From the IMG/VR virus record IMGVR_UViG_3300044716_000883, positions 64,001 to 128,000 of that record: a DNA stretch of 64,000 bases; one strand, written 5' to 3'. Made by a program: the position numbers and the translations under genes. The notes under the pieces are model-generated. The model saw only the letters and a program-made list of their open reading frames with translations, had not been told where the DNA came from and did no database searches. The stretch comes from a virus. Every line of letters starts with the position of its first letter. Positions within the stretch are counted from its first letter, which is position 1. Shown here in pieces: positions 36,568 to 46,985 of this stretch.

Positions 36568-38148
36568 AGTCAAGCGAATATTAAAGAAATAATCAAACAG
36601 GAATACATTAAATGTGCCACAGATCCTGTCCATTTTTTCCGCAAATACTGCTACATTACTCACCCAATCAAAGGTAGAGTTCTATTTCATCTATATCCAT
36701 TCCAAGAGGATGTTTTAAATGATTTTAGAAGTAACAGGTTTTGTATTATCAATAAATCAAGACAGTTAGGTATCTCAACACTATCAGCTGGATTTGCTTT
36801 ATGGACAATGCTATTTAATAAGGATAAAACCGTGTTATGTATTGCAACAAAGCAAGAAACAGCTAAAGGAATGGTGGATAAGGTACAATTTATGTACAAC
36901 AACTTACCTTCTTGGTTAAGAGGTAATCAAAAACCACTATCTGATAACAAATTATCACTAAAATTAGCCAATAACTCTCAGATTGTTGCTACATCAGCCG
37001 CATCAGATGCAGGTAGATCTTACGCAGTTTCGTTACTGCTTATAGATGAGGCCGCGTTCATTGAAGGAATTGATAAAATCTATACGAGTATCAAACCTAC
37101 TATTGCAACAGGTGGAGGAATCATTTCATTATCATCTCCAAATGGTGTTGGTAACTGGTTTCACAAAATGTATACTGAAGCTGAAATAGGAAGAAATGAT
37201 TTCAAAGCAATCAAACTAAAATGGGATTTACACCCTGATAGAACTGGTGATTGGGAAGCAACAGAAAGAACAAACATGTCACCTCGTGAGTTTGCTCAAG
37301 AGTATGACTGTGACTTCTTAGGTTCTGGTAATTCAGTAATTGAACCTGATTTATTATCATTTTATGAAGAAACTTTTATACAAGAGCCTGTTGAACGCCG
37401 TTTTATGGGTGGTGATTTTTGGATCTGGGCTTACCCTGATTATACTAAGCAGTATTTGGTCTGTGCCGACGTTGCTCGTGGGGATGGTTCGGACTACTCG
37501 GCGTTCCATATCATCGATGCTACAACGTGTGAACAAGTGGCAGAATACAAATCCCAAGTTGATACTCGTACTTTTGGGAACATGCTTGTGTCTGTTGCTA
37601 CTGAGTATAATAATGCTCTACTTGTGGTTGAAAATGCTAATATCGGTTGGGATGTCGTTAATACGATTATAGAAAAAGGATATCCTAAATTATATTACTC
37701 ACCTCGTGCTTATGGTGAAATGCAGATGGATAAATGGATGGATAAAATGGATAAAGATCAAACCGTCCCTGGATTCACCACATCAGCAAAAACAAGACCA
37801 CTTGTTATCTCAAAGATGGAGTCGTATATTCGAGAGAAAGTATTCATCTTTCACTCAAAACGTTTACTAGAAGAGCTACGTGTGTTTATATGGCAACATG
37901 GTAAAGCACAAGCTCAAAACGGATATAATGATGACTTGGTAATGGCATTAGGAATGGGATTATTTACTCGTGATACTGCAATGAAATTCTATGAACAGGG
38001 AATGGATTTGAATAGAGCAATGGTTTCAAACATTACCAGAACAACATATGGTTATACAGGACCTGTACTACCTGGTGGCACTCAAAACCCATATATGGTT
38101 GATAATGGTCATGGACAATTCGAAGATATAACATGGGTGTTAGGTTGA
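36565..38148 (+). CDS. terL: Terminase large subunit (T4 gp17-like)
   Basis: KSRQLGIST (Walker A), LLLIDEAAF (Walker B), SSPNG, nuclease motifs ADVARG and DDLVMA. Confidence 0.95.
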   Translation: MSQANIKEIIKQEYIKCATDPVHFFRKYCYITHPIKGRVLFHLYPFQEDVLNDFRSNRFCIINKSRQLGISTLSAGFALWTMLFNKDKTVLCIATKQETAKGMVDKVQFMYNNLPSWLRGNQKPLSDNKLSLKLANNSQIVATSAASDAGRSYAVSLLLIDEAAFIEGIDKIYTSIKPTIATGGGIISLSSPNGVGNWFHKMYTEAEIGRNDFKAIKLKWDLHPDRTGDWEATERTNMSPREFAQEYDCDFLGSGNSVIEPDLLSFYEETFIQEPVERRFMGGDFWIWAYPDYTKQYLVCADVARGDGSDYSAFHIIDATTCEQVAEYKSQVDTRTFGNMLVSVATEYNNALLVVENANIGWDVVNTIIEKGYPKLYYSPRAYGEMQMDKWMDKMDKDQTVPGFTTSAKTRPLVISKMESYIREKVFIFHSKRLLEELRVFIWQHGKAQAQNGYNDDLVMALGMGLFTRDTAMKFYEQGMDLNRAMVSNITRTTYGYTGPVLPGGTQNPYMVDNGHGQFEDITWVLG

Positions 38149-38179
38149 TAAATATTTATTGATACAATAAAACAAAATA

Positions 38180-40054
38180 ATGGCAGAACAACAACCAGGT
38201 TTGTTTGGTAGGCTTACACGTTTATTCAGTACAGATGTCATCATCAGAAATGTTGGTGGTAATCAATTAAAAACTATAGACGTTGATAGAATCCAAGCCT
38301 ACGGTAACGTAAAGACAAACGCATTAATAGATAGATTTACTAAGTTGCATAGATACGGAGCTAACATGCCGTACAACCCAACAATGAACTATCAAACATT
38401 GCGTATTCAGTTATATACTGACTACGAAGCAATGGATACAGAATCAATTATCGCTTCAGCATTAGATATTATTGCTGATGAATCTACATTAAAAAATGAG
38501 GCTGGAGAGGTATTACAAATTAGAAGCGCTGACGAAAACGTTCAACGTATTCTTTATAATTTATTTTACGACGTATTAAATATTGAATTTAATTTATGGT
38601 TGTGGATTAGAAATATGTGTAAATATGGTGATTTTTATTTACATATGGAAGTAGCTGAAAAATTTGGTATTTACAATGTAACACCACTTTCAGTTTACGA
38701 TATGGTTCGCGAAGAAGGACAAGATCCTGAAAACCCATCTTACGTATGCTTCCGAATTGATCCAATGGTGATCGCGGCTGGGGGTATGAATAGTCGTGTT
38801 AAAGATAGAGATGGTAAGATCAAATTTGAAAACTATGAAATAGCGCATTTTAGGCTATTAACTGATGCTAACTATCTTCCTTACGGACGCTCGTTTATTG
38901 AGCCTGCCCGCAAAACTTACAAACAATATGTGCTGATGAAGGATGCAATGTTATTGCACCGCATCACACGCGCCCCCGAAAAACGCGTATTCACTGTAAA
39001 TGTTGGTAACATCCCACCTGCTGAAGTTGATAACTACATGCAGAAGATCATGCAAAAGATGAAGAAAACACCTTTTGTTGATCAACAAACAGGCGATTAC
39101 AATTTAAGATTTAACTTACAAAACATGATGGAGGATTTCTATCTTCCAACTCGTGGTAATGATACAGCAACTAAGATTGATACAATCAAAGGTTTAGAAT
39201 ACAACGCGATTGATGACGTGAATTTCTTAAGAGATGAAATGTTAGCTGCGCTTAAGGTACCTAAAGCATTCTTCGGATTTGAAAAAGATTTACAAGGTAA
39301 AGCTACATTAGCTGCTGAAGATATTCGCTTCGCTCGCACAGTTGAACGCATCCAACGTATTATCCTATCTGAGCTATACAAAATGGCATTAGTACATTTA
39401 TATGTACAAGGCTATGATGGTGAAGCATTATCAAATTTTGAATTATCACTTACTACCCCATCAGTAATCTACGAACAAGAAAAAGTAGCATTATGGAAGG
39501 AAAAGATTGATTTAGCTAAATCTATTCAAGATACAAATTTAATACCTTCAGATTGGATTTACGATTATATATTCCAGTTTAGTGAAGATCAATTTGATGA
39601 AATGCGTGATTTAGTACTTGAAGATAAAAAACGTGTCTTCAGATTAGCTCAAGTAGAGAACGAAGGTAACGACCCAGCTAAAACTGGTAAATCATTTGGT
39701 ACACCACACGATTTAGCATCAATGTATGGTAAAGGTAGATCAGGAATGAATGTAGATGGCACTGTACCTCCAGGCTATGACGAGAAACGTCCAGTTGGTC
39801 GTCCTCAAGAAAAAGCATCTATGATCAATACACAAAATGATCCATTAGGTAAAGATAGATTAGGTAGAAAAGATAACAACACCTTGTATACCGCTAATAT
39901 ACCTTCTGAAGAGGGTACACCAAAAGCTATGTTTGAATTTAAAAAGAACAAAAGCTTACTTGAAGGTATCAATATAGCTCGTAAAGAACTAGTAGTAGGA
40001 CCTGATCAGGAACCATCATTACTAGATGAAAAAAATATCAAGGACATACAATAA
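38180..40054 (+). CDS. gp20: Portal protein (T4 gp20-like)
   Basis: YGRSFIEPARK..KQ..LM.DAM..HRITRAPEKRVF.V.VGNIP, EDFYLPTRG, ALKVPK. Confidence 0.95.
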   Translation: MAEQQPGLFGRLTRLFSTDVIIRNVGGNQLKTIDVDRIQAYGNVKTNALIDRFTKLHRYGANMPYNPTMNYQTLRIQLYTDYEAMDTESIIASALDIIADESTLKNEAGEVLQIRSADENVQRILYNLFYDVLNIEFNLWLWIRNMCKYGDFYLHMEVAEKFGIYNVTPLSVYDMVREEGQDPENPSYVCFRIDPMVIAAGGMNSRVKDRDGKIKFENYEIAHFRLLTDANYLPYGRSFIEPARKTYKQYVLMKDAMLLHRITRAPEKRVFTVNVGNIPPAEVDNYMQKIMQKMKKTPFVDQQTGDYNLRFNLQNMMEDFYLPTRGNDTATKIDTIKGLEYNAIDDVNFLRDEMLAALKVPKAFFGFEKDLQGKATLAAEDIRFARTVERIQRIILSELYKMALVHLYVQGYDGEALSNFELSLTTPSVIYEQEKVALWKEKIDLAKSIQDTNLIPSDWIYDYIFQFSEDQFDEMRDLVLEDKKRVFRLAQVENEGNDPAKTGKSFGTPHDLASMYGKGRSGMNVDGTVPPGYDEKRPVGRPQEKASMINTQNDPLGKDRLGRKDNNTLYTANIPSEEGTPKAMFEFKKNKSLLEGINIARKELVVGPDQEPSLLDEKNIKDIQ

Positions 40055-40087
40055 TCACATATTTATAGGTAGTGCACACTATTCATT

Positions 40088-40942
40088 ATGAAAATTAAAC
40101 ACAGCAAATTCAAAAATACAGGAATATTATTCGAGCTATTGGTACGCCAAATTGCATCGGACACTGTATCTAATAAAGATTCAGCTGCTATTGGATTAGT
40201 TAAAAAATATTTTAGCAAATCAGAATTAGCTAAAGAATATAAATTGTATCAAGCGTTAATTACGCCGAAAAACTTAAGTGAAGCTAAAGCCGAGACGTTT
40301 ATCAACGCAACGCTTGAAGCTTCTTCTCGTTTAAACAAAACGAATTTACGTAAGGAAAAATACAATATTATTAAAGAAATTCGTGAATCTTATGATTTAG
40401 AAGAATTCTTTAAAGCAAAAATTAGCCATTACAAGCAATACGCTGCTGCATTCAATTTAATTGAAGCACATAATTCTCAAGAATTCACTGCTCCTCAGCA
40501 AATTATCGATAACAAAATTACATTACTTGAACATATCACTCGTAAAGAAGTTGATAAAGAAGGTGTTAAAGACCGTGTAATGGAAGAATATGGTGGTATG
40601 GACAAAGGTACTCGTATCTTAGCTTACCGTATGTTATTAGAAAAATTCAATAGCAAATACGCTACATTATCTGATACTCAGAAAACTGTATTAAAAGAAT
40701 TCATCAACAATATCACTAACACAACTAAATTACGTGATTTTGTTAATAAGAACTTTACAACTATTGCTGAAGAACTTACTCAAATCATTCCTACTGTAAC
40801 AGATAAAACAACTCAAATTAAATTATCTGAAGTAGTTACTTTATTGAAACCTTTAGACAAGACTCAAAACGTAAAAGACGAAAATATTATTTCGTTATTA
40901 CAATATCATCAATTAATTGAAGAATTAAAAGCTGTCAAATAA
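40088..40942 (+). CDS. Conserved helical protein between portal and protease (prohead-core candidate)
   Basis: Position; KHSKFKNTGILFELLVRQ N-terminus. Confidence 0.5.
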   Translation: MKIKHSKFKNTGILFELLVRQIASDTVSNKDSAAIGLVKKYFSKSELAKEYKLYQALITPKNLSEAKAETFINATLEASSRLNKTNLRKEKYNIIKEIRESYDLEEFFKAKISHYKQYAAAFNLIEAHNSQEFTAPQQIIDNKITLLEHITRKEVDKEGVKDRVMEEYGGMDKGTRILAYRMLLEKFNSKYATLSDTQKTVLKEFINNITNTTKLRDFVNKNFTTIAEELTQIIPTVTDKTTQIKLSEVVTLLKPLDKTQNVKDENIISLLQYHQLIEELKAVK

Positions 40943-41535
40943 TGGATCTACAGGAGTATATCAAACAGTTAGTACAGCAAGAATTAGACGAAATGTCTGT
41001 TTCTGGTGATGCTGGTGGTTATTTAGCTCCAAACGCATTTTCTAAAAAAGGCCAAGGTAAAAATGCAGCGACTAAATATGCTGAAAAAATGGGCTTTAAA
41101 TTAGTTAAAAATCCTTCAATGAATAATGAAAGTAACTACGATAAAGCTTCTCAAAAAGGTCAAGCAAGTGGTTATACAGCAGCTAGTCCTTATACCGCTG
41201 GTGGAATTAAAGGAGATGATTATTATAAAAAAGAAAGTATGAAAGAATCATTAATAGACATTATTGAGCAAGAATTACTTAACGAAGTAACATACGGTAA
41301 ATTTAAAAAAGATGTTAAGTTCAGAACTAAATCTGAACAATTACATAAGGCTATTCGTGAAGTAAAACGCAAATTACAAGAAATTGATCGTATTGTTGAA
41401 TATACGTCTCGCATGAAGCAAGAATTAAGTGAAGAAGGTGGTGTTAATTATTGGAAAGCAACACAAAAGAATGTTGCTACTATCTCAGAAATGGTAAATC
41501 AACTTAACAATAAAATTAAAAACTTGAACCAATAA
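40942..41535 (+). CDS. Putative prohead-core protein
   Basis: Leader MDLQEYIKQLVQQELDE; internal MKE and LNE sites. Confidence 0.5.
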   Translation: MDLQEYIKQLVQQELDEMSVSGDAGGYLAPNAFSKKGQGKNAATKYAEKMGFKLVKNPSMNNESNYDKASQKGQASGYTAASPYTAGGIKGDDYYKKESMKESLIDIIEQELLNEVTYGKFKKDVKFRTKSEQLHKAIREVKRKLQEIDRIVEYTSRMKQELSEEGGVNYWKATQKNVATISEMVNQLNNKIKNLNQ

Positions 41536-41657
41536 TGGCAAAAGCGGTAGGCAACAGCAACAAATTATCATTTGGTAAACGCAAAAACGGATCAGCAAAA
41601 AAATCATATAACAAACATACACCACGTCCAAAATCATATAGAGGTCAAGGTAGATAA
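41535..41657 (+). CDS. 40-aa basic peptide ending KSYRGQGR (not in the ORF track)
   Basis: MAKAVGNSNKLSFGKRKNGSAKKSYNKHTPRPKSYRGQGR; TAATG coupling; fills the intergenic gap. Confidence 0.7.
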   Translation: MAKAVGNSNKLSFGKRKNGSAKKSYNKHTPRPKSYRGQGR

Positions 41658-41668
41658 AACATATATAA

Positions 41669-43429
41669 ATGAAAAGTATAGCAAATCAATATCGTGATTT
41701 AACAGAAGGTAAAATGTCACAACAAAATTTCATGAGAAATTTACGTATGACTATGCCTCAATATGTAACTAACGTAACATCATTTGGTGATGCAGTTAAA
41801 ATACTTAAAAACAAAAGTATTATTGTTGAATCAGCAATTAAAGAAAATTTTGACTTTAATAAAGCAGCTATTGAATCTGCTACTGGCGATAAAATTAGTC
41901 ACACAGAAGAAGACGATTATGGTCAACCTATTTACTGGAGTACAAAAAATCCTAACGTAAATTACTATATTGGTAGTGACGAACAGATCATAAAATACGA
42001 TGGCGAAACTGGTGAAAGATATATAATTGGTGATTTAAGAAATTATGATGAACCATCAAATGATGATTACGAACCAGATACTGATGCTGATTACGAAGAA
42101 CCAAGAGATGATTTCGATATGGCTGGTGGTTATAACGACGGTGAATTTTGGGAAGGTCAAGGTGAAGGTGATGAAGATGCTATGTATGATGAAATGATCA
42201 AGAAAATTGAAGATGAATTAGCAGCAAGAGAAGCAGCTAATGCTCAATACGATTTAGGCGAAGAATTAAACGAAGCTGTTGGTAATTTTGAACTTAAAAA
42301 ATTAGCAAGAGAATTATATAGTGTTGCTAAAAGAGTAAATGGAGTAACAAGTGTAAAAATAGTTACATCTGATGTTAAAAATGCTGCCAGTGCTTTCCAA
42401 GCTGCCTCAAAGAAAGGAAATACTTATGCTGAAGATGCTGTGATGGTTGAATTATTTGTAAATGAAGCAGATTCATTTATTAGTATTATACTTAGTGGTT
42501 CAGCAAGATTTTTAAATCCTGTAGCTGGTGAAGTAAATAAACAAATACAAGCATTTATAAATAAAGACTACGCTAATCAATTAGAAACTCAATATGTTAA
42601 ACCTCCTAAAGACAATACTATGTTAGGAATTAACATTAGATTTATTAATAAGCCTTCAGGTGATGTAAAAGAAAGTGAAGAATTAAATGAAGCTAAAAAA
42701 CCAAATGTAGAAAAAATTGAAGATGAAAATCTTGAAGAAGTAACATTAGGTATCTTCATGGAACATGCTTGTTTCCCTGAAAAATCATACGAAGAAATTG
42801 AAAAAATCGTAAAGAAAAATGTTAAGAAAAATCCTAACTACTATACTAACTACAAGTTAACTGGTATTAGAGATTACGAATTAGAAACCATGGATTCTTC
42901 TAAGCCTGAAGATCATCAAATGAAGTTCTATACAGAAAAGACTGCAGTTGATACAGCTAGAGGAATGCAGAAAGTTAAAATGCCTAAAAAAGACGAAAAA
43001 AAAAAGTTAAAAGAAGCTAGATTTAATGTATTTGGTGAACCAAATGAGGTTGCTAAACAAGTAATGCAATTTGTAGATGGTAACGCTACATTAAAAGCTT
43101 TATCTGATGATATTCAAATTCAACAAACTAGTGACCCAAATGAAGCTCTTTTAAGATTTCAATATTGGGATGCCTTACCTGGTGAAGCAATTGAAAAATT
43201 AAAACTTCAATTTAATGTACAGCCAGATAATGATTTTGATGAAGATACTGGTGAAATTATATTTTATCGTTTAACACCATTACGTAGAGACTATGGTAAT
43301 AAAGATTTAGGTGCTTCATTTGAAAAAATGAAAAAAGAATTAGAAGAAATAGTGAATGAAGTAATAAATGAATATTACGATGGACGTGACAATTTAATTG
43401 ACCCATTAGCAGCAGAAGAAAATAACTAA
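41669..43429 (+). CDS. Large mosaic prohead-core/internal protein
   Basis: Directly upstream of the protease; segments separated by IKE, LNE, LNE and LKE sites. Confidence 0.55.
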   Translation: MKSIANQYRDLTEGKMSQQNFMRNLRMTMPQYVTNVTSFGDAVKILKNKSIIVESAIKENFDFNKAAIESATGDKISHTEEDDYGQPIYWSTKNPNVNYYIGSDEQIIKYDGETGERYIIGDLRNYDEPSNDDYEPDTDADYEEPRDDFDMAGGYNDGEFWEGQGEGDEDAMYDEMIKKIEDELAAREAANAQYDLGEELNEAVGNFELKKLARELYSVAKRVNGVTSVKIVTSDVKNAASAFQAASKKGNTYAEDAVMVELFVNEADSFISIILSGSARFLNPVAGEVNKQIQAFINKDYANQLETQYVKPPKDNTMLGINIRFINKPSGDVKESEELNEAKKPNVEKIEDENLEEVTLGIFMEHACFPEKSYEEIEKIVKKNVKKNPNYYTNYKLTGIRDYELETMDSSKPEDHQMKFYTEKTAVDTARGMQKVKMPKKDEKKKLKEARFNVFGEPNEVAKQVMQFVDGNATLKALSDDIQIQQTSDPNEALLRFQYWDALPGEAIEKLKLQFNVQPDNDFDEDTGEIIFYRLTPLRRDYGNKDLGASFEKMKKELEEIVNEVINEYYDGRDNLIDPLAAEENN

Positions 43430-43430
43430 T

Positions 43431-44039
43431 ATGAAAGCATTATTAATAGACCACACACCATTCCATATAGCTAAATTAACGCTATCAGAAGGTAAAAATG
43501 TACCTGGTGGAAGAATGCGTGTTAAAGGCAAATTACAAGAATCTGAAGTTAAAAATGGTAATGGTCGTGTTTATCCTAAAGAAGTATTACAACGTGAAGT
43601 TGAAAAATACATGGAAGGACCAATCAAAACCAATACTGCATTAGGTGAATTAGACCACCCAGAATCTACAATCGTTAACTTAAATAACGTATCACACAAC
43701 ATTAAAAAAGTTTGGTGGGAAGGTAATGATTTAATGGGTGAATTAGAATTATTAAATACACCAGCAGGTAAAATTGCACAAGAAATTATATCAGCAGGTA
43801 TTCCATTAGGTATTTCATCTCGTGGTATGGGTTCAGTACGTCAAATTGGCGAAACTGTAGAAGTACAAGACGATTTTGAATTATTATGTTGGGATCTTGT
43901 ATCAGTACCATCAACTCCTGGCGCTTATATGTCATTAGCTGAAGGTAAAAAAGCACAATCTGGTAAAGATTATAGTAAAGTAAATGGTTTAATTACCGAA
44001 ATTATCTGTAACGCAACAGGAGTTTGTCCTCTTTGCTAG
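43431..44039 (+). CDS. gp21: Prohead core protease (T4 gp21-like)
   Basis: KNGNGRVYP, ALGELDHP (catalytic His), GISSRGMGS (catalytic Ser), WDLVSVPSTPGA. Confidence 0.95.
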   Translation: MKALLIDHTPFHIAKLTLSEGKNVPGGRMRVKGKLQESEVKNGNGRVYPKEVLQREVEKYMEGPIKTNTALGELDHPESTIVNLNNVSHNIKKVWWEGNDLMGELELLNTPAGKIAQEIISAGIPLGISSRGMGSVRQIGETVEVQDDFELLCWDLVSVPSTPGAYMSLAEGKKAQSGKDYSKVNGLITEIICNATGVCPLC

Positions 44040-44071
44040 CAGTTCACGGTTTTCAATATCTACATATATTT

Positions 44072-44104
44072 ATGGGTAACCTAGAATGGGTTGCCCATCT
44101 TTTT
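44072..44104 (+). terminator. Hairpin with T-tract overlapping the ATATTTAT motif in the scaffold leader
   Basis: ATGGGTAAC-CTAGAATGG-GTTGCCCAT-CTTTTT. Confidence 0.5.
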
Positions 44105-44184
44105 GCAACTCGGGTATTACTAAACCCCACATTAAGATTCCTAATAATCTTATTTCCGTAATCAAATTTAAGGAGAAAAAACAA

Positions 44185-45291
44185 ATGAGTAACAAAGACT
44201 TATTCAAAGAGGCTATCGCCGACGCTAAAGCCGTTCGCGAAGCAGCGTTAGCAAACGCAAAGGTCGCTCTTGAAGAAGCTTTAGCTCCAAAACTTCAATC
44301 TATGTTAGCTGCAAAGTTACAAGAAATGGAGTCTGAAGAAGCTGAAGATCTTGACGAAGTAGACCACAGCTCTGACAGTCACTCAACAGATGACATCTGG
44401 CATACCCGCGCTCACGCTGCAGGTCAAGCTGATGCAATTGGTGAAGCTGAAGATGCTGAGTTAGAAGAAGATTTCGATTTATCTGAAATCTTAGCTGAAT
44501 TAAGTGATGAAAAAGAACTTGACGAAGCAAAAGATGAAGATGAAATGAATGAAGCTAAAGACGAAGAAAAAATGGATGAAGCTAAAGAAGAATCTGAAGA
44601 AGAAGAAGAAGACGAAGAGTCTGAAGAAGAATCTGAAGAAGAAGAAGCTGAAGGCGACAAAATCACTGACTTAACTGTTGATGAACTAAAAGACATTATC
44701 AAAGACATCATCTCTGCTGAATTAGAAGCTGAAGAAATGGAAACACCAGAAGACGAAGCTGGCGAAGAAGGTGGCGAAGAAATGGATATGGGCATGGACA
44801 TGGGCGGTGAAGAAGTTGATGGTGAAGAAGAAATCGCTATTGACGAAGAAATCGATTTAGAAGAATTATTAGCTGAATTAGATTCTTTAGAAGAAGCTGA
44901 CGACGACAAAGACGACATGTATGAAGCTAAAGAAGACAAAGAAGAAATGGAAGAAGCATTAGCTACTATCCAAACTCTAAGAAACGAGTTAAACGAAGTA
45001 AACTTATTAAACGCTAAGTTACTTTATGTTAACAAAGTATTCAAAGCTAAAAACTTAACTGAATCACAAAAATTAAAAGTAATTGCTCAATTCGATAAAG
45101 CAACTACTGCACAAGAAGCAAAAACTATTTTTGAATCAATGAATAATGCTATTGCACAATCTGCAAAGAAAAGCACAATCAAAGAATCATTAGGATTCGC
45201 TTCAAAAGCTGCTGGTATGGCTCCACAAAAACAAATCGTACAAGTTGACGAAACTGTTTCTAGATGGCAAATGTTAGCAGGTATTAAATAA
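44185..45291 (+). CDS. gp22: Prohead scaffold protein (T4 gp22-like)
   Basis: Between protease and MCP; very acidic with many [LM]xE sites; C-terminus RWQMLAGIK; start after AAGGAG at 44185. Confidence 0.8.
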   Translation: MSNKDLFKEAIADAKAVREAALANAKVALEEALAPKLQSMLAAKLQEMESEEAEDLDEVDHSSDSHSTDDIWHTRAHAAGQADAIGEAEDAELEEDFDLSEILAELSDEKELDEAKDEDEMNEAKDEEKMDEAKEESEEEEEDEESEEESEEEEAEGDKITDLTVDELKDIIKDIISAELEAEEMETPEDEAGEEGGEEMDMGMDMGGEEVDGEEEIAIDEEIDLEELLAELDSLEEADDDKDDMYEAKEDKEEMEEALATIQTLRNELNEVNLLNAKLLYVNKVFKAKNLTESQKLKVIAQFDKATTAQEAKTIFESMNNAIAQSAKKSTIKESLGFASKAAGMAPQKQIVQVDETVSRWQMLAGIK

Positions 45292-45325
45292 ACAAATATT
45301 TTTTAAAAACAAATCTCGTTTAAAA

Positions 45326-46912
45326 ATGAACGTACAACAATTATTAGAGAGCTCTAACCAATACAAGAGTATTATGGAAGACTCTAAAAAATTGTCTGCT
45401 AAGTGGGAAAAATCAGGCCTTTTAGAAGGTATGAAATCTACTTCAGACAAGAACACAATGGCTATGCTATTGGAAAACCAAGCTAAGCAGTTAGTAACTG
45501 AAGCTTCTCAAACTGGTACTCAATCAGCTGGTGCTGGTGCATATTCTGGTGAAAGCTGGAATGGTGTTGCATTACCATTAGTTCGCCGCGTATTCGGTGA
45601 AATCGCTGCTAAAGAATTCGTTAGCGTACAACCAATGAACTTACCTTCAGGTCTTGTATTCTATCTTGATTTCAAATACGGTACAACTAACCAACCTTTA
45701 ACTGCTGGTGGTTCTTTATATGGTGCTAATGCATCTTCAAACGTAACTGATATTGCTTCAGCTTCATTATATGGTGCTGGTAAGTTCGGTTACTCAATCA
45801 ACCAATACACTGCATCTGTTACTGCAACTACATCTTCAGCTACTTGGGCTGACTTTAACTTAGATTCAGCTTACTCAGCTTCTGCTGCTGCTGGTCAGTT
45901 CGTTAAAGTAAACGTTGCTTTACCTAGTAACCATGATTCTAAAGGTGTTCGCGCTTTCGTTATCACTTCAGGTTCATTCATTACTGTAGGTAACAACTTA
46001 CAAGCTTTCACAACTGTATCTAACAATACAGCTTCTTTCGTAATTACAGGTTCATCTGTAGGTGTTGCTGCTCCAGCTGTAACATTATTCTACGATGTAC
46101 AACCTACAGATATCTCTCGTGGTGATTTCGAAGACGGCTCTACTAAAGTAGGTGCTCCTACAACTATCGCTATCCCAGAAATTAACGTACAGTTAAAATC
46201 TGAAGCAATCGTTGCTAAGACTCGTAAGTTAAAAGCACAATGGACTCCAGAATTCGCTCAAGATTTAAACGCTTACCATAGTGTTGATGCTGAAGCTGAA
46301 TTAACTGGTATCTTATCTCAGTACATTTCTATGGAAATTGATCTTGAGATCTTAGATATGTTAATCCAAAACGCTTTCACAGTTGACCAATGGTCAGCAG
46401 TTAACAACCAAGCTTTATCAGCTGCAGGTGTTGCTACTAACTTAGGTTACTACAATACTCAAGGTGGTTGGTTCCAAACTTTAGGTACAAAATTACAAAA
46501 AGTATCTAACACAATCCATCAGTTAACTTTAAGAGGTGGTGCTAATTTCTTAGTTACTTCTCCTACAGTTGCTACTATCTTAGAATCTATCCCTGGATTC
46601 GCTGCAGATGGTGATGGTGAGAAAATGGAATTCAACTTTGGTATCCAAAAGGTTGGTTCTTTAAACAGTCGTTATAAGGTTTACAAAAACCCTTACATGA
46701 CTGAGAACGTAATCTTAATGGGTTACAAAGGTGCTCAATTCTTAGAATGTGGTGCTGTATTTGCTCCTTACGTTCCATTGATCATGACTCCATTATTATA
46801 CGATCCGGCTACATTTACTCCACGTAAAGGTCTTATGACTCGTTACGCGAAGAAAATGATCCGTCCTGACTACTATGGTAAGATCAATGTTGCTGGTTTA
46901 AATACTCTTTAA
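45326..46912 (+). CDS. gp23: Major capsid protein (T4 gp23-like)
   Basis: PLVRRVF..IA.EFVSVQPMNLPSGLVFYLDF, AKTRKLKAQWTPEFAQDLNAYH, FAPYVPL, GLMTRYA. Confidence 0.97.
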   Translation: MNVQQLLESSNQYKSIMEDSKKLSAKWEKSGLLEGMKSTSDKNTMAMLLENQAKQLVTEASQTGTQSAGAGAYSGESWNGVALPLVRRVFGEIAAKEFVSVQPMNLPSGLVFYLDFKYGTTNQPLTAGGSLYGANASSNVTDIASASLYGAGKFGYSINQYTASVTATTSSATWADFNLDSAYSASAAAGQFVKVNVALPSNHDSKGVRAFVITSGSFITVGNNLQAFTTVSNNTASFVITGSSVGVAAPAVTLFYDVQPTDISRGDFEDGSTKVGAPTTIAIPEINVQLKSEAIVAKTRKLKAQWTPEFAQDLNAYHSVDAEAELTGILSQYISMEIDLEILDMLIQNAFTVDQWSAVNNQALSAAGVATNLGYYNTQGGWFQTLGTKLQKVSNTIHQLTLRGGANFLVTSPTVATILESIPGFAADGDGEKMEFNFGIQKVGSLNSRYKVYKNPYMTENVILMGYKGAQFLECGAVFAPYVPLIMTPLLYDPATFTPRKGLMTRYAKKMIRPDYYGKINVAGLNTL

Positions 46913-46953
46913 TCCAATAACTTCCCCCCTATAGTCTCAGTATTATAGGTCTG

Positions 46954-46985
46954 GTGCCTAACCCCGTAAGGTTAGGCACTTTTTT
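46954..46985 (+). terminator. Intrinsic terminator after the MCP gene
   Basis: GTGCCTAACC-CCGTAA-GGTTAGGCAC followed by T6. Confidence 0.9.
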
